A DNA stretch of 64,000 nucleotides from Candidatus Babelota bacterium (GTDB lineage: Bacteria; Babelota; Babeliae; Babelales; CAIQNR01). The notes under the pieces are model-generated. The model worked only from the letters and a program-made list of their open reading frames with translations. It ran no database searches and was not told the origin of the DNA. Position numbers and translations under genes: made by a program. The stretch covers positions 12,334-76,333 of the forward strand of contig CBFHTA010000002.1 in assembly GCA_965658655.1 (NCBI GenBank), written 5' to 3'. How positions within the stretch are numbered: position 1 is the stretch's first letter; the number at the start of each line of letters is the position of its first letter. Shown piece by piece: positions 29,686 through 38,991 of this stretch.

Positions 29686-30106
29686 AAGTAGAAGGCTTTT
29701 TTAATGTTAAATATATGCAATAGAGTTTCAGAGATCGTAGTTTTTGTTTTTGGTTTTTCAACAAGGCGCATTTATTCGGCTTACTGTATAAAGAAGGGTT
29801 GACCTTGTCAGCCATTATTCGACAGAGTTTAATATGGAGATAATTGCTGAATTAAAACTGCGGTTTCTTTTTATGGCCCGACTGGCATCAGAGAATAGAG
29901 CAGCAATTAAAGGAGTAGTTCAAGGGTGCCGGGTAGTGTCTTATGTGAACCCTCTTCCTTCATAGTACATTGGTGAATTTCTTTCTCTGAGCTTATTTTG
30001 GGACAGAATAATCGTGCATCCTTGTCTTATCTGCTTATTCGAGGTAATATACTCTATATTCGTCGACTAATCGTAAGATCTGATCATTACTAAAAGGGTA
30101 CAGGGT

Positions 30107-32872
30107 ATGTCAGCCGAAAAGGCCCAAGAAAAATTACCAAAGGGTATCAAACCAGTCCTCATTGAAGATGAGCTTAAGAGTTCGTTTTTAGATTACGCCA
30201 TGTCTGTGGTAGTAAGTCGTGCAATTCCAGATATTCGTGATGGCCTTAAGCCAGTACATAGGCGTGTTTTGTACGCTATGTATGAGCTTGGTTATCATTT
30301 TAATAAGCCCTACAGGAAATCTGTACGTGTAGTTGGTGATGTACTTGGTAAGTATCATCCACATGGTGATCAGGCAGTATATAATACTATGGTTGGTATG
30401 GTGCAAGACTTCGCGAAACGTTATCCATTGTTAGATGGTCAGGGTAACTGGGGTTCAGTTGATGGTGACAACGCAGCTGCTATGCGTTATACCGAAGTGA
30501 GAATGAAAAAAATTACGCAAGAAATTCTTGCAGATATCGACAAAAATACTGTTCAGTTTGTACCAAACTTTGATGAATCAACAACTGAACCAGTTATTTT
30601 ACCAAGTCGATTGCCAAACCTATTAATCAATGGAACAGCCGGTATTGCGGTTGGTATGGCAACTAATATTCCACCGCATAATTTGGGTGAAGTAATAGAT
30701 GCATGCTTGGCATTACTTAAAGATGAAAATCTTACATTCGAAGAACTTATTAAATTAGTTCCTGCACCAGATTTTCCTACTGGCGGTATTATTTGTGGTC
30801 GCGGCGGTGTGCTTCAAGCGTACAAAACCGGTCGCGGTAAGGTTATGGTTCGTGGTGTAACAGCTATTGAAGAAACCAAAAAAGGTGGCTCTGCAATTGT
30901 TATTACTGAGCTTCCTTACCAGGTAAATAAAGCAGAACTTATTATTAAGACTGCAGATTTAGTAAAAAATAAAATTATCGAAGGTATTTCTAATATTCGT
31001 GATGAGTCAGACAGACGTGGTATGCGTGTGGTTATAGACATTAAACGCGGTGAAATTCCTGATGTGGTTCTAAATCAACTGTATAAGTATACTTCGCTTC
31101 AAACATCGCTTTCTATTTTGATGCTTGGGTTGCTAGATAACAAACCAATGGTATTTACGCTCAAAGAACTTATTAAGCAGTTCTTGTTGCATAGAGAAAC
31201 GGTTGTGTATCGAAGAACTAAGTATGAACTTGATAAGGCAAAGTCTCGAGAGCATCTTTTAGAAGGTTTTATTATTGCGCTTGATAATATTGACGCAGTA
31301 GTTCAACATATTAAAAAATCTAAAGCAGCTGACGAAGCAATAGCAATTTTGGTTAAAGAATACAAGCTTTCAGAAGAGCAAAGTAAAGCGATTCTTGAAA
31401 TGCGCTTGCAACGTTTGACTGGTTTGGAACAGCAAAAAATTCATAACGAAATTACAGAAATTAAAAAACGCATTGAGTATTTAATGTCTGTATTGCAAGA
31501 TCGAGAAGTTCTTAAAAAAGAAATTGAAGTTGAGCTTAATGAAGTTAAAGCTACGTACGACAACCCAAGACGTACTGTGATTGAAGATAGCTTTACCTCA
31601 TTAACCGATGAAGATTTAATTCCTGATGAAGACGTGGTCGTAACTTTAACTCAAAAAGGTTATGTAAAACGTGTTGGCCTTGAAAACTACGGTGTGCAGC
31701 ATCGTGGTGGTAAAGGTAAAATGGGTATGCAAAAGCTTGACGACAACGATGATGTTGTACGCGATATGTTTGTTGCAAAATCTCATGACGAATTGCTCTT
31801 CTTTACGAGTCTTGGTCGTGTTTACAGTATGCGTGTATATGAAGTTGGTGAAGGTTCTCGTACTTCAAAAGGACGTGCAGTTATTAACTTGCTGCCGTTG
31901 GTAGAGGGTGAATCTGTAGTAAGATTACTTTGTATGCGAGACATGAAAGATAAAAATATTGTGATGGTTACCAAGAAAGGTATCATCAAAAAAACCGATG
32001 CGAAGTCGTTTGCAAAGATTCGTGTGTCAGGTATTCGTGCTCTTGGTCTTAGAGAAGATGACGCACTTTCATTCTGTGGTGTTTCTTCTGGGCAAGATGA
32101 CATTGTTATTGCAACAGCATTTGGTCAGGGCATTAGATTCAATGAAAAAGAAGTACGTGCAATGGGTCGTCAGGCAGCAGGGGTTATTGGTATTCGCCTA
32201 AGAGAAGGTGACTCTGTTGTTGGGATGGAAATCATTGACGACGAAAATAAAAATATTTTGTTTGCAACACAAAATGGTTACGGAAAGCGTACACGTGTAG
32301 GAGACTTCCGTGTGGCTCATCGTGGTGGTTTGGGTGTTCGAACAATCCCAACAGATCGTCGTAATGGTGAGGTTGTTGGGTTGGTTATTGTTAGTGAAAC
32401 GTCTCATATTCTCCTCATCGATGATGCAGGGAAAATTATTCATCTGCTTCCAACCGAAGTTCGTACCATGGGAAGACAGGCTAAAGGGGTTCGCCTTATT
32501 CGTCTTGATTCTGGGCGACGATTGATTTCGATTGCAGCATTTGATGAAGATGAAGACTCAGATTCTGAAGTAAGCTCAAGTGAAGGAGGGTCAGGTGGTG
32601 ACAAACCTGAAACTAAAGCACAAGACGCAGCAGGGTCGCAAGAAGTAAAGGGTGCGATAAAGGCGTCTGAACAAGAAGAACCAGTTGCAGAAATTTCTGA
32701 AGAAGGTACAATTGTTATAGGTGCGAAGGAAGAAATAAGTAATGAACCTGAGAAAGCTGTAATGGCTGACCCTCAGGATGGAACAAAAATTTCAGCAGCG
32801 GCAACGTTGCTTGAAGATGAAATGAATGATACATCGTCGTTTGACAATAGTGATCAGACGATGATTTTTTAA
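30107..32872 (+). CDS. gyrA: DNA gyrase subunit A
   Basis: GKYHPHGD, AAMRYTE, GyrA-box QHRGGKG, long acidic tail. Confidence 0.98.
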   Translation: MSAEKAQEKLPKGIKPVLIEDELKSSFLDYAMSVVVSRAIPDIRDGLKPVHRRVLYAMYELGYHFNKPYRKSVRVVGDVLGKYHPHGDQAVYNTMVGMVQDFAKRYPLLDGQGNWGSVDGDNAAAMRYTEVRMKKITQEILADIDKNTVQFVPNFDESTTEPVILPSRLPNLLINGTAGIAVGMATNIPPHNLGEVIDACLALLKDENLTFEELIKLVPAPDFPTGGIICGRGGVLQAYKTGRGKVMVRGVTAIEETKKGGSAIVITELPYQVNKAELIIKTADLVKNKIIEGISNIRDESDRRGMRVVIDIKRGEIPDVVLNQLYKYTSLQTSLSILMLGLLDNKPMVFTLKELIKQFLLHRETVVYRRTKYELDKAKSREHLLEGFIIALDNIDAVVQHIKKSKAADEAIAILVKEYKLSEEQSKAILEMRLQRLTGLEQQKIHNEITEIKKRIEYLMSVLQDREVLKKEIEVELNEVKATYDNPRRTVIEDSFTSLTDEDLIPDEDVVVTLTQKGYVKRVGLENYGVQHRGGKGKMGMQKLDDNDDVVRDMFVAKSHDELLFFTSLGRVYSMRVYEVGEGSRTSKGRAVINLLPLVEGESVVRLLCMRDMKDKNIVMVTKKGIIKKTDAKSFAKIRVSGIRALGLREDDALSFCGVSSGQDDIVIATAFGQGIRFNEKEVRAMGRQAAGVIGIRLREGDSVVGMEIIDDENKNILFATQNGYGKRTRVGDFRVAHRGGLGVRTIPTDRRNGEVVGLVIVSETSHILLIDDAGKIIHLLPTEVRTMGRQAKGVRLIRLDSGRRLISIAAFDEDEDSDSEVSSSEGGSGGDKPETKAQDAAGSQEVKGAIKASEQEEPVAEISEEGTIVIGAKEEISNEPEKAVMADPQDGTKISAAATLLEDEMNDTSSFDNSDQTMIF

Positions 32873-32896
32873 TCTCTTTTGTAAGGATACGAACGT

Positions 32897-33199
32897 ATGA
32901 AATTGTACGTAGGAAACTTGAGCTTTAACTTGTCAGATAACGATCTTAAAGCAAAATTTGAAGAATTTGGTGCAGTTGAATCTGCTAACATTATTACAGA
33001 TCGTGAAACTGGCCGCTCTAAGGGTTTTGGTTTCGTTGAAATGGTTGACGCTGCTAATGCACAAGAAGCTATTGCACAACTTAACGGTTCTGACTACGAA
33101 GGCCGTAAAGTAATCGTTAACGAAGCTCGTCCTCGTCCAGAACGTACTGGTGGTGGCAGCCGTGGTCCACGTGGTGGAAATGGCGGAGGTCGCTGGTAG
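32897..33199 (+). CDS. RRM-domain RNA-binding protein
   Basis: RNP2 LYVGNL, RNP1 KGFGFVEM, Gly/Arg tail. Confidence 0.95.
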   Translation: MKLYVGNLSFNLSDNDLKAKFEEFGAVESANIITDRETGRSKGFGFVEMVDAANAQEAIAQLNGSDYEGRKVIVNEARPRPERTGGGSRGPRGGNGGGRW

Positions 33200-33229
33200 T
33201 CTGTTTTCAGATTAACTTCGATTTTAAAG

Positions 33230-33258
33230 AAAAGGGTGTCTTCAAGGCACCCTTTTTT
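33230..33258 (+). terminator. Rho-independent terminator
   Basis: AAAAGGGTGTC-TTCAA-GGCACCCTTTTTT. Confidence 0.8.
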
Positions 33259-33272
33259 AATGGAATACATAT

Positions 33273-33635
33273 ATGAAAAATTTTTTTTTAATTGTTTTTC
33301 TAATTGTTTGTTTTTCTCTCTATGGTAACGACCAATTACTTGATGCAGTTAATTCTGTTCGTTTAAAAATTGCTTTAGATAATTTAAACCGATTCTGTGA
33401 AAACATAGAAATGGGAATTAATATAGTGATTACAACTGCTGGCATACTTACCTATAGAGAATTAAGACCAAAATTTTTTTGGGGTAAATACCCGGTATCG
33501 GCAGCTTTATTGCTGACATTCTTGTTAGGAGCAGGGTTGCATGGAGCGTTGCATCTTTATAAAGGCGCAGAAGCTAAAAAAATTACACAAAAAACTCTGA
33601 AATCTGATTTTTCTTTATGTACAAACAACAATTAG
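33273..33635 (+). CDS. Small secreted/membrane hypothetical protein
   Basis: Signal peptide plus two hydrophobic segments; overlaps dprA start. Confidence 0.65.
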   Translation: MKNFFLIVFLIVCFSLYGNDQLLDAVNSVRLKIALDNLNRFCENIEMGINIVITTAGILTYRELRPKFFWGKYPVSAALLLTFLLGAGLHGALHLYKGAEAKKITQKTLKSDFSLCTNNN

Positions 33636-34717
33636 TTCTACATCTTTCTTTAATTGCATCAGTTGGCCCAGATAAAATAGGCAAGCTGGTAAAAGTTCTT
33701 AAAAAAGAAAAAAATCCTGCTAGCTGGTATGCTTATCGGCAACAAGATTTTATGCGTTTAGGGATGACAGCACGGAATGCTCAAACCATTGTTGCGGGTC
33801 TTGCCAATGCGCAAATTCTTAAAGAAGAATTAGAACTTATCGAAAAATATGCGATTAACTGGACCACGATTTTAGATGCTGATTACCCAGCACTTTTAAA
33901 AGAAATTCATACTCCGCCTGCAGTTTTGTATTGGCGAGGAGAACCGGTGTGGCAAACCACAGAAAAAACAGTTGCATTTGTTGGCGCGCGTAAAGGTACG
34001 GCATATGGTCAGAGAGTCGTTAACGCTGTTATTCCAACTTTGGTTGCGGCAGGATACACTATTGTTTCTGGAGGTGCTTATGGTATCGATACTATGGCTC
34101 ATCGAGCTACCCTTGAATGTGGTGGAAAAACAATTGTGGTGATTGGTGCAGGTCTTTTAATCCCGTATTTGGCTGGTAATCAAAAGCTATTTGAGCAAGC
34201 GGCATCTGCAGGAAGTGTTGTAGTCAGTGCTTTTCCATTGATGCACGGTGCTGATAAATGGACATTTCCGGTACGTAATAGAATTATTGCTGGGTTGTCT
34301 CAAGGCTGTGTGGTGGTGCAAGCGGCTAAGAAAAGTGGTGCTTTGATCACCTCAAGTTATGCCTTACAAGAAGGTAGACAGGTCTTTGCAGTACCCGGAC
34401 CGTTTGATGATGAGCTAAGCGTAGGATGCCTAAATTTGATCAAGCAGGGCGCAAAAGTGGTGTGTAGTGCTCAAGACGTCTTAGAAGAATTTGGAGCTCA
34501 AGAAGAGATTTTTGAGCAAATAGAGATCTCTACGGTTGAAGCGCCTAAGCAAAAATTAGACAATTCTATTTTAGTCCATTGCGCTCAACCAATAAGTTTA
34601 TCTGAGCTTATTCAAAAAACAGGCTTAGAAGAAAATAAGCTTAAACAGGATCTTTTTGATCTTCAATTAGATGGCAAAATAGAGCAAGATTTTGCCGGTC
34701 TATGGAAGCTGCTTTAA
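33617..34717 (+). CDS. dprA: DNA-processing protein DprA
   Basis: VSGGAYGIDT.AH, FPVRNRIIAGLS, SGALIT, GR.VFAVPG; C-terminal winged helix. Confidence 0.96.
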   Translation: MYKQQLVLHLSLIASVGPDKIGKLVKVLKKEKNPASWYAYRQQDFMRLGMTARNAQTIVAGLANAQILKEELELIEKYAINWTTILDADYPALLKEIHTPPAVLYWRGEPVWQTTEKTVAFVGARKGTAYGQRVVNAVIPTLVAAGYTIVSGGAYGIDTMAHRATLECGGKTIVVIGAGLLIPYLAGNQKLFEQAASAGSVVVSAFPLMHGADKWTFPVRNRIIAGLSQGCVVVQAAKKSGALITSSYALQEGRQVFAVPGPFDDELSVGCLNLIKQGAKVVCSAQDVLEEFGAQEEIFEQIEISTVEAPKQKLDNSILVHCAQPISLSELIQKTGLEENKLKQDLFDLQLDGKIEQDFAGLWKLL

Positions 34718-34800
34718 GTTTAAAACCTTGACCTGTTGAGGTTTTGGTTTGTGTTGCTACAATTATAAGTAGTATTTTAAGTGGATTTCTGGAGGTTGTT

Positions 34801-34999
34801 GTGAAAAAAAAACTAATATTTTTTATTTTTTCGACCTGAAGATGATTTGCGTGAGTTAAATAAATTAGCTGAGACACAAGAAAAGATTGCTAAAGAGAAA
34901 AGAGAGTTTTATGAAAATTTATCTCGCGAATCTCTTAAGCTTATGAGAGAGAGAGAAGGAATAACTGAGGAAGAGTGGAATAAAAAGTATGGCAAATAA
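34801..34999 (+). pseudogene. Broken small secreted-protein gene behind dprA
   Basis: GTG start MKKKLIFFIFST* matches the start of 35744 (MKQKLILYIFSS); continues out of frame as PEDDLRELNKLAETQ...KKYGK*. Confidence 0.55.
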
Positions 35000-35031
35000 G
35001 TTAGTCTAAAAATTGATTTTGAAAGGTTATT

Positions 35032-35400
35032 ATGAAAAAGTTTTTATTATTGACGCTAATATTATTTGGGAGTGTGTTTGCCAATATGAAACAAAATGCA
35101 TTTAAAGAAAAGATGATACAAGAAGCCGAAAAGGAAATGTTTTGTGCTGAAAAAGATTTAAACAAATCTCGAATAAAAAGATCTTTAGTGGCCACTTTTG
35201 GACTGTTGCTTATGATAGCATCTCTAGATAGTCATTTAAAGAATCATGATAATATTACGGGGCCAGTTTTGATGGGTCTAGTGGGTCTAGGAAATAGTCT
35301 TTTTCGATTTGAGCTAGAGTGGTTTATAAATAAGAAAAGTTATAGTAATGCAAATCGAGCTTTAATCAATGTTTTACGTAAAGTTGATGAGCAAAAATAA
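35032..35400 (+). CDS. Small secreted protein with hydrophobic hairpin
   Basis: Signal peptide MKKFLLLTLILFGSVFA, charged helix, two hydrophobic segments. Confidence 0.7.
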   Translation: MKKFLLLTLILFGSVFANMKQNAFKEKMIQEAEKEMFCAEKDLNKSRIKRSLVATFGLLLMIASLDSHLKNHDNITGPVLMGLVGLGNSLFRFELEWFINKKSYSNANRALINVLRKVDEQK

Positions 35401-35457
35401 TTATTGTTATAAGGTTATTTAAGAAGACCAGTTTTAGGGTTGCACCCGACTTTTTTA

Positions 35458-35664
35458 AAATAGAGATCTCTACGGTTGAAGCGCCTAAGCAAAAATTAGA
35501 CAATTCTATTTTAGTTCATTGCGCTCAACCAATAAGTTTATCTGAGCTTATTCAAAAAACAGGCTTAGAAGAAAACAAGCTTAAACAGGATCTTTTTGAT
35601 CTTCAATTAGATGGTGAAATACAGCAAGACTTTGCCGGCTTATGGCAAGTGGTTAAAACCTTGA
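35458..35664 (+). repeat. Second copy of the dprA 3' end
   Basis: Matches 34518 onward with only 2 mismatches in the first 157 bp; similarity continues through promoter, RBS and signal-peptide codons to ~35777. Confidence 0.95.
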
Positions 35665-35743
35665 AATCCCACTCTAGTTGAGTTATTTCTCTTTTTTTGC
35701 TATAATTTTATAAGTTTAAATTAAATGACTTCTGGGGGTTGTT

Positions 35744-36136
35744 GTGAAACAAAAACTTATACTTTATATTTTTTCGAGTTTATTTTTAGGGTTGCACCCA
35801 AGTAATTCTTTTTTTGATAATGAGTTGAGTCGTACAGAAAAATATATTTCATTTTTAAAGTATAAAGAGTCGCAGCTAAGAGAAAAAGAGAAAGGAATTA
35901 AAACAAATTTAATGTTGCAATTCCAAAAAAACTTACAAAATATTACTATGGGGCCACCGAGACAATTAGGTTTAGTAAGGATGATTAGTTTAGCTTCTTT
36001 TTTAGTGAATTATGTGCCGGCTACTGTGCATTTAAGTTTGACTTATACTGATAACAAGACCACTCAAAAAGAGTTGTCTACCTGTAAAAATTACTCTGAC
36101 ATGCTTAAATCATTAAATAAATCTTTTATTGCATAA
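35744..36136 (+). CDS. Small secreted hypothetical protein
   Basis: GTG start, signal peptide, coiled coil and hydrophobic segment. Confidence 0.7.
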   Translation: MKQKLILYIFSSLFLGLHPSNSFFDNELSRTEKYISFLKYKESQLREKEKGIKTNLMLQFQKNLQNITMGPPRQLGLVRMISLASFLVNYVPATVHLSLTYTDNKTTQKELSTCKNYSDMLKSLNKSFIA

Positions 36137-36151
36137 GTTGGAAATTTTTTG

Positions 36152-36390
36152 CTTAGAAGAGTTTGGAGCTTAAGAGGAGGTTTTGGAGCAAATAGAGATC
36201 TCTAGGTTTGAAGCTCCTAAGGCAAAAGCAGACAATTCTATTTTTAGTTCACTGGGTTCAACTTATAAGTCAGTCTTGACTCATTTAAAAAACAGTCTTA
36301 AAAGAAAGTAAGCTTAAACAGGATCTTTTTGATCTTCAATTGGATGGTAAAATACAGCACGACTCCGCAGGTTTATGGCAGCTTACTTGA
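36152..36390 (+). pseudogene. Third, decayed copy of the dprA 3' end
   Basis: CTTAGAAGAGTTTGGAGCT...AAATAGAGATCTCTA...AAGCTTAAACAGGATCTTTTTGATCTTCAATT matches 34480..34717 with indels and stops. Confidence 0.9.
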
Positions 36391-36499
36391 AGCCCTTTGT
36401 TTTTTTGCCTTTTCCGTTTATTTTGCTATAATTATCCTATCTATTAGGCGCCTAAGGCGTCATTTCTATTAAAGATTTTAGGCTACCAAGGAGTTTGTC

Positions 36500-36793
36500 A
36501 TGCCAGTACCAAAGAGAAAAAGATCTCGTCAGAGAAGAGATAAGCGTTTTGCTAACAAAGGCGTTAAAGTTCGTTCTATTTCAAGCTGTACCAACTGTTC
36601 AGAAGCTGTGTCTTCTCATACAGCGTGTATGTCTTGTGGATTTTATAAAGGCCGCAAAGTGTTAGCTACTAAGTCTGACCGTTCAGTTCGACGTGCAGAT
36701 GAGCGCAAAGAAAAAGAAGGAAAACAAGAAGCATTACGACAAAAGCTTGAAGCTCAAGCAGCTCCAATTGAAGAGCCAAAAAAAGCTGAGTAA
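36500..36793 (+). CDS. rpmF: 50S ribosomal protein L32 with C-terminal extension
   Basis: MPVPKRKRSR, CxxC...CxxCGFYKGR. Confidence 0.93.
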   Translation: MPVPKRKRSRQRRDKRFANKGVKVRSISSCTNCSEAVSSHTACMSCGFYKGRKVLATKSDRSVRRADERKEKEGKQEALRQKLEAQAAPIEEPKKAE

Positions 36794-36840
36794 TCTTTTG
36801 TTTGAGTAGTATGAAGAAAAAACTATAGAGATCGTTCGTA

Positions 36841-37542
36841 GTGAGGATGAGCATGATACAAGCATTAGTCAAAGATTGGTACCGCGAAATTGTTGAAGAT
36901 AAGTATTCACTTGCTTTAACCGTAGTAATAATTTGTGGTGGCGCCTATTGGGGTGGTAGCGAGTTACGTTTGCGCTACAAAAAACACGTGGGTGGAAAAT
37001 CACAGATTGTTGTTGCAGAAGCGATAGAAGAGTATGACAAAGCTTTATATAACCATCTTGAAAAAGAGGGTGGACAAGAACTTGCGTCGCAACAATTTGA
37101 TGATGTTCAAATTGGTTTTGATACTATTTTAAAACAACATAGTGGTTCTTCGTTGGTTCCGTATGCTCTTTCGTTTCAAGCAGATACGTTTGCTTTAAAG
37201 GGTGACTTTAAACAAGCGCTTATTACTTTAGAGGATGGTATTAAAAAAATGTCTTCTTCTGCTCCTGGTTATTACTTACTCAAAACTAAATATGCGCTTT
37301 TACAACTTGATGCTCAACAAGAAACAGAAGGTGTTGCCTTACTGCGTGAACTTGCTTTTAATTCAAGTAATCCAACGTTTGATACAGCTGCCTTTTTCTT
37401 AGGTTACTACTACTGGGCTAAGCACGATAAAGATAAAGCTCGTGATGCTTGGAAGCAACTAGAAACAACAGAAAATAGTAAGTCTAAAAAGGGTGCATCT
37501 CCTTGGTTGCAAGCGGTAAAAGAAAAGCTTCAAAACGTTTAG
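36841..37542 (+). CDS. Membrane-anchored TPR-like protein (YfgM-like)
   Basis: One N-terminal TM followed by TPR-like helices (AAFFLGYYYW...ARDAWKQL). Confidence 0.6.
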   Translation: MRMSMIQALVKDWYREIVEDKYSLALTVVIICGGAYWGGSELRLRYKKHVGGKSQIVVAEAIEEYDKALYNHLEKEGGQELASQQFDDVQIGFDTILKQHSGSSLVPYALSFQADTFALKGDFKQALITLEDGIKKMSSSAPGYYLLKTKYALLQLDAQQETEGVALLRELAFNSSNPTFDTAAFFLGYYYWAKHDKDKARDAWKQLETTENSKSKKGASPWLQAVKEKLQNV

Positions 37543-37551
37543 GAATACGTA

Positions 37552-38973
37552 GTGGCAGATACTAATGTGCGAGTAAGGTTTGCGCCTTCTCCTACGGGAA
37601 ATCTTCATGTGGGCGGTCTACGGACGGCCCTTTTTAATTGGTTATTCGCAAAACATAATAATGGTATGTTCTTAATTCGTGTAGAAGATACAGATAAAGA
37701 ACGCTCTAAAGTAGAACACATGCACGCGCAACTTCAAGCGCTTGATTGGGTTGGTATTAAGAGTGACGAAAAACCGTTATTGCAATCTGAACGTTCTGAA
37801 GTTTATAACAAAATCCTTGTACAGCTATTGGAAGAAAAAAAGATCTATCGTTGCACCTGTAGGCCAGAAGAAATCGAAGAACGGGTTCGTGCAGCGGGTA
37901 TTACCGGAGATCATTATGGTTACGATAGTTTTTGTCGAGATAAAGATCGTCAAGGGCATAGAGATAGACCATCGGTACTTCGCTTTGCACTTCCAGAAGC
38001 TTTTAATGAACTTACCATTAACGATCTTATTCGTGGCAAAGTAACGTTCAAGCGTGAACAGTTAGATGACTTTATTATTGTTCGTTCAGATGGCAGTCCA
38101 ACGTATAACTTTGTGGTAGTTGTTGACGATTATGCTTCAGGTATTTCGCATGTTATTCGTGGAGAAGACCATCTTTCTAATACACCTAAACAGATTTTAT
38201 TGTATGAAGCATGTGGGTACGATTTGCCTAAGTTTGCTCATATCCCGATGATTCTAGGGCCAGAGGGAAACAGGTTGAGTAAGCGTGATGGTGCAGTTAA
38301 TGTGCTTGCCTATCGTGAGGCTGGGTATTTACCTGATGCACTCTTGAATTACATGGTTCGTCTTGGGTGGTCACATGGCGATAAAGAGATTTTTACAAAT
38401 CAAGAATTAATAGATTTATTCTCACTTAAAGCGGTAGGAAAAAAGGCTGCTATTTTTGATTATGCAAAATTAGAGTGGGTTAACAGCGTGTACATGCAAG
38501 AAGCATCTAGTAGTTCTTTGCTAGAGGTTATTGCAGAATATATTGACCTAGAGTGGCGTAATAAGGTACAACAATGGACTGATGCACAGATTGCACAAGC
38601 CATTGAAATGTATAAAGGACGTGTAAAAACAGTCGGCCATCTCGCTCAAGTATTAGTTGAACTTTACAACGGTCCATCTGAATATGCTAAAGAGGATATT
38701 GGTAAGTGGATGACAACCACCGCATGCGGATTGCTTGATCGTTTGATCCTTGTTCTAGAAGAGTATGATTTTGAAAAAGAGTCTCTTAAAGAAGTGGTAA
38801 AAGCATTTTGCAAAGAGCACGAAATAAAGTTGGTAGTTATTGCACAACCAACTCGCATAGCGCTTACCGGCGGTACTATGAGCCCAGGGGTATTTGACCT
38901 GCTTATTTTGTTCGGTAAAGAAGAAAGTATTACACGCCTTAAAGCTTTACAGAGGTTTTTAGAAAAAAAATAA
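37552..38973 (+). CDS. gltX: Glutamate--tRNA ligase
   Basis: RFAPSPTGNLHVGG, HVIRGEDH, LSKR. Confidence 0.97.
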   Translation: MADTNVRVRFAPSPTGNLHVGGLRTALFNWLFAKHNNGMFLIRVEDTDKERSKVEHMHAQLQALDWVGIKSDEKPLLQSERSEVYNKILVQLLEEKKIYRCTCRPEEIEERVRAAGITGDHYGYDSFCRDKDRQGHRDRPSVLRFALPEAFNELTINDLIRGKVTFKREQLDDFIIVRSDGSPTYNFVVVVDDYASGISHVIRGEDHLSNTPKQILLYEACGYDLPKFAHIPMILGPEGNRLSKRDGAVNVLAYREAGYLPDALLNYMVRLGWSHGDKEIFTNQELIDLFSLKAVGKKAAIFDYAKLEWVNSVYMQEASSSSLLEVIAEYIDLEWRNKVQQWTDAQIAQAIEMYKGRVKTVGHLAQVLVELYNGPSEYAKEDIGKWMTTTACGLLDRLILVLEEYDFEKESLKEVVKAFCKEHEIKLVVIAQPTRIALTGGTMSPGVFDLLILFGKEESITRLKALQRFLEKK

Positions 38974-38991
38974 AAAGAAGAGGAGAGGGGC

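Noticed and set aside
34480-36390. Prophage or classic integrative element at dprA
   Set aside because: No integrase, transposase or phage gene; the intervals are under 1 kb and hold only small secreted ORFs
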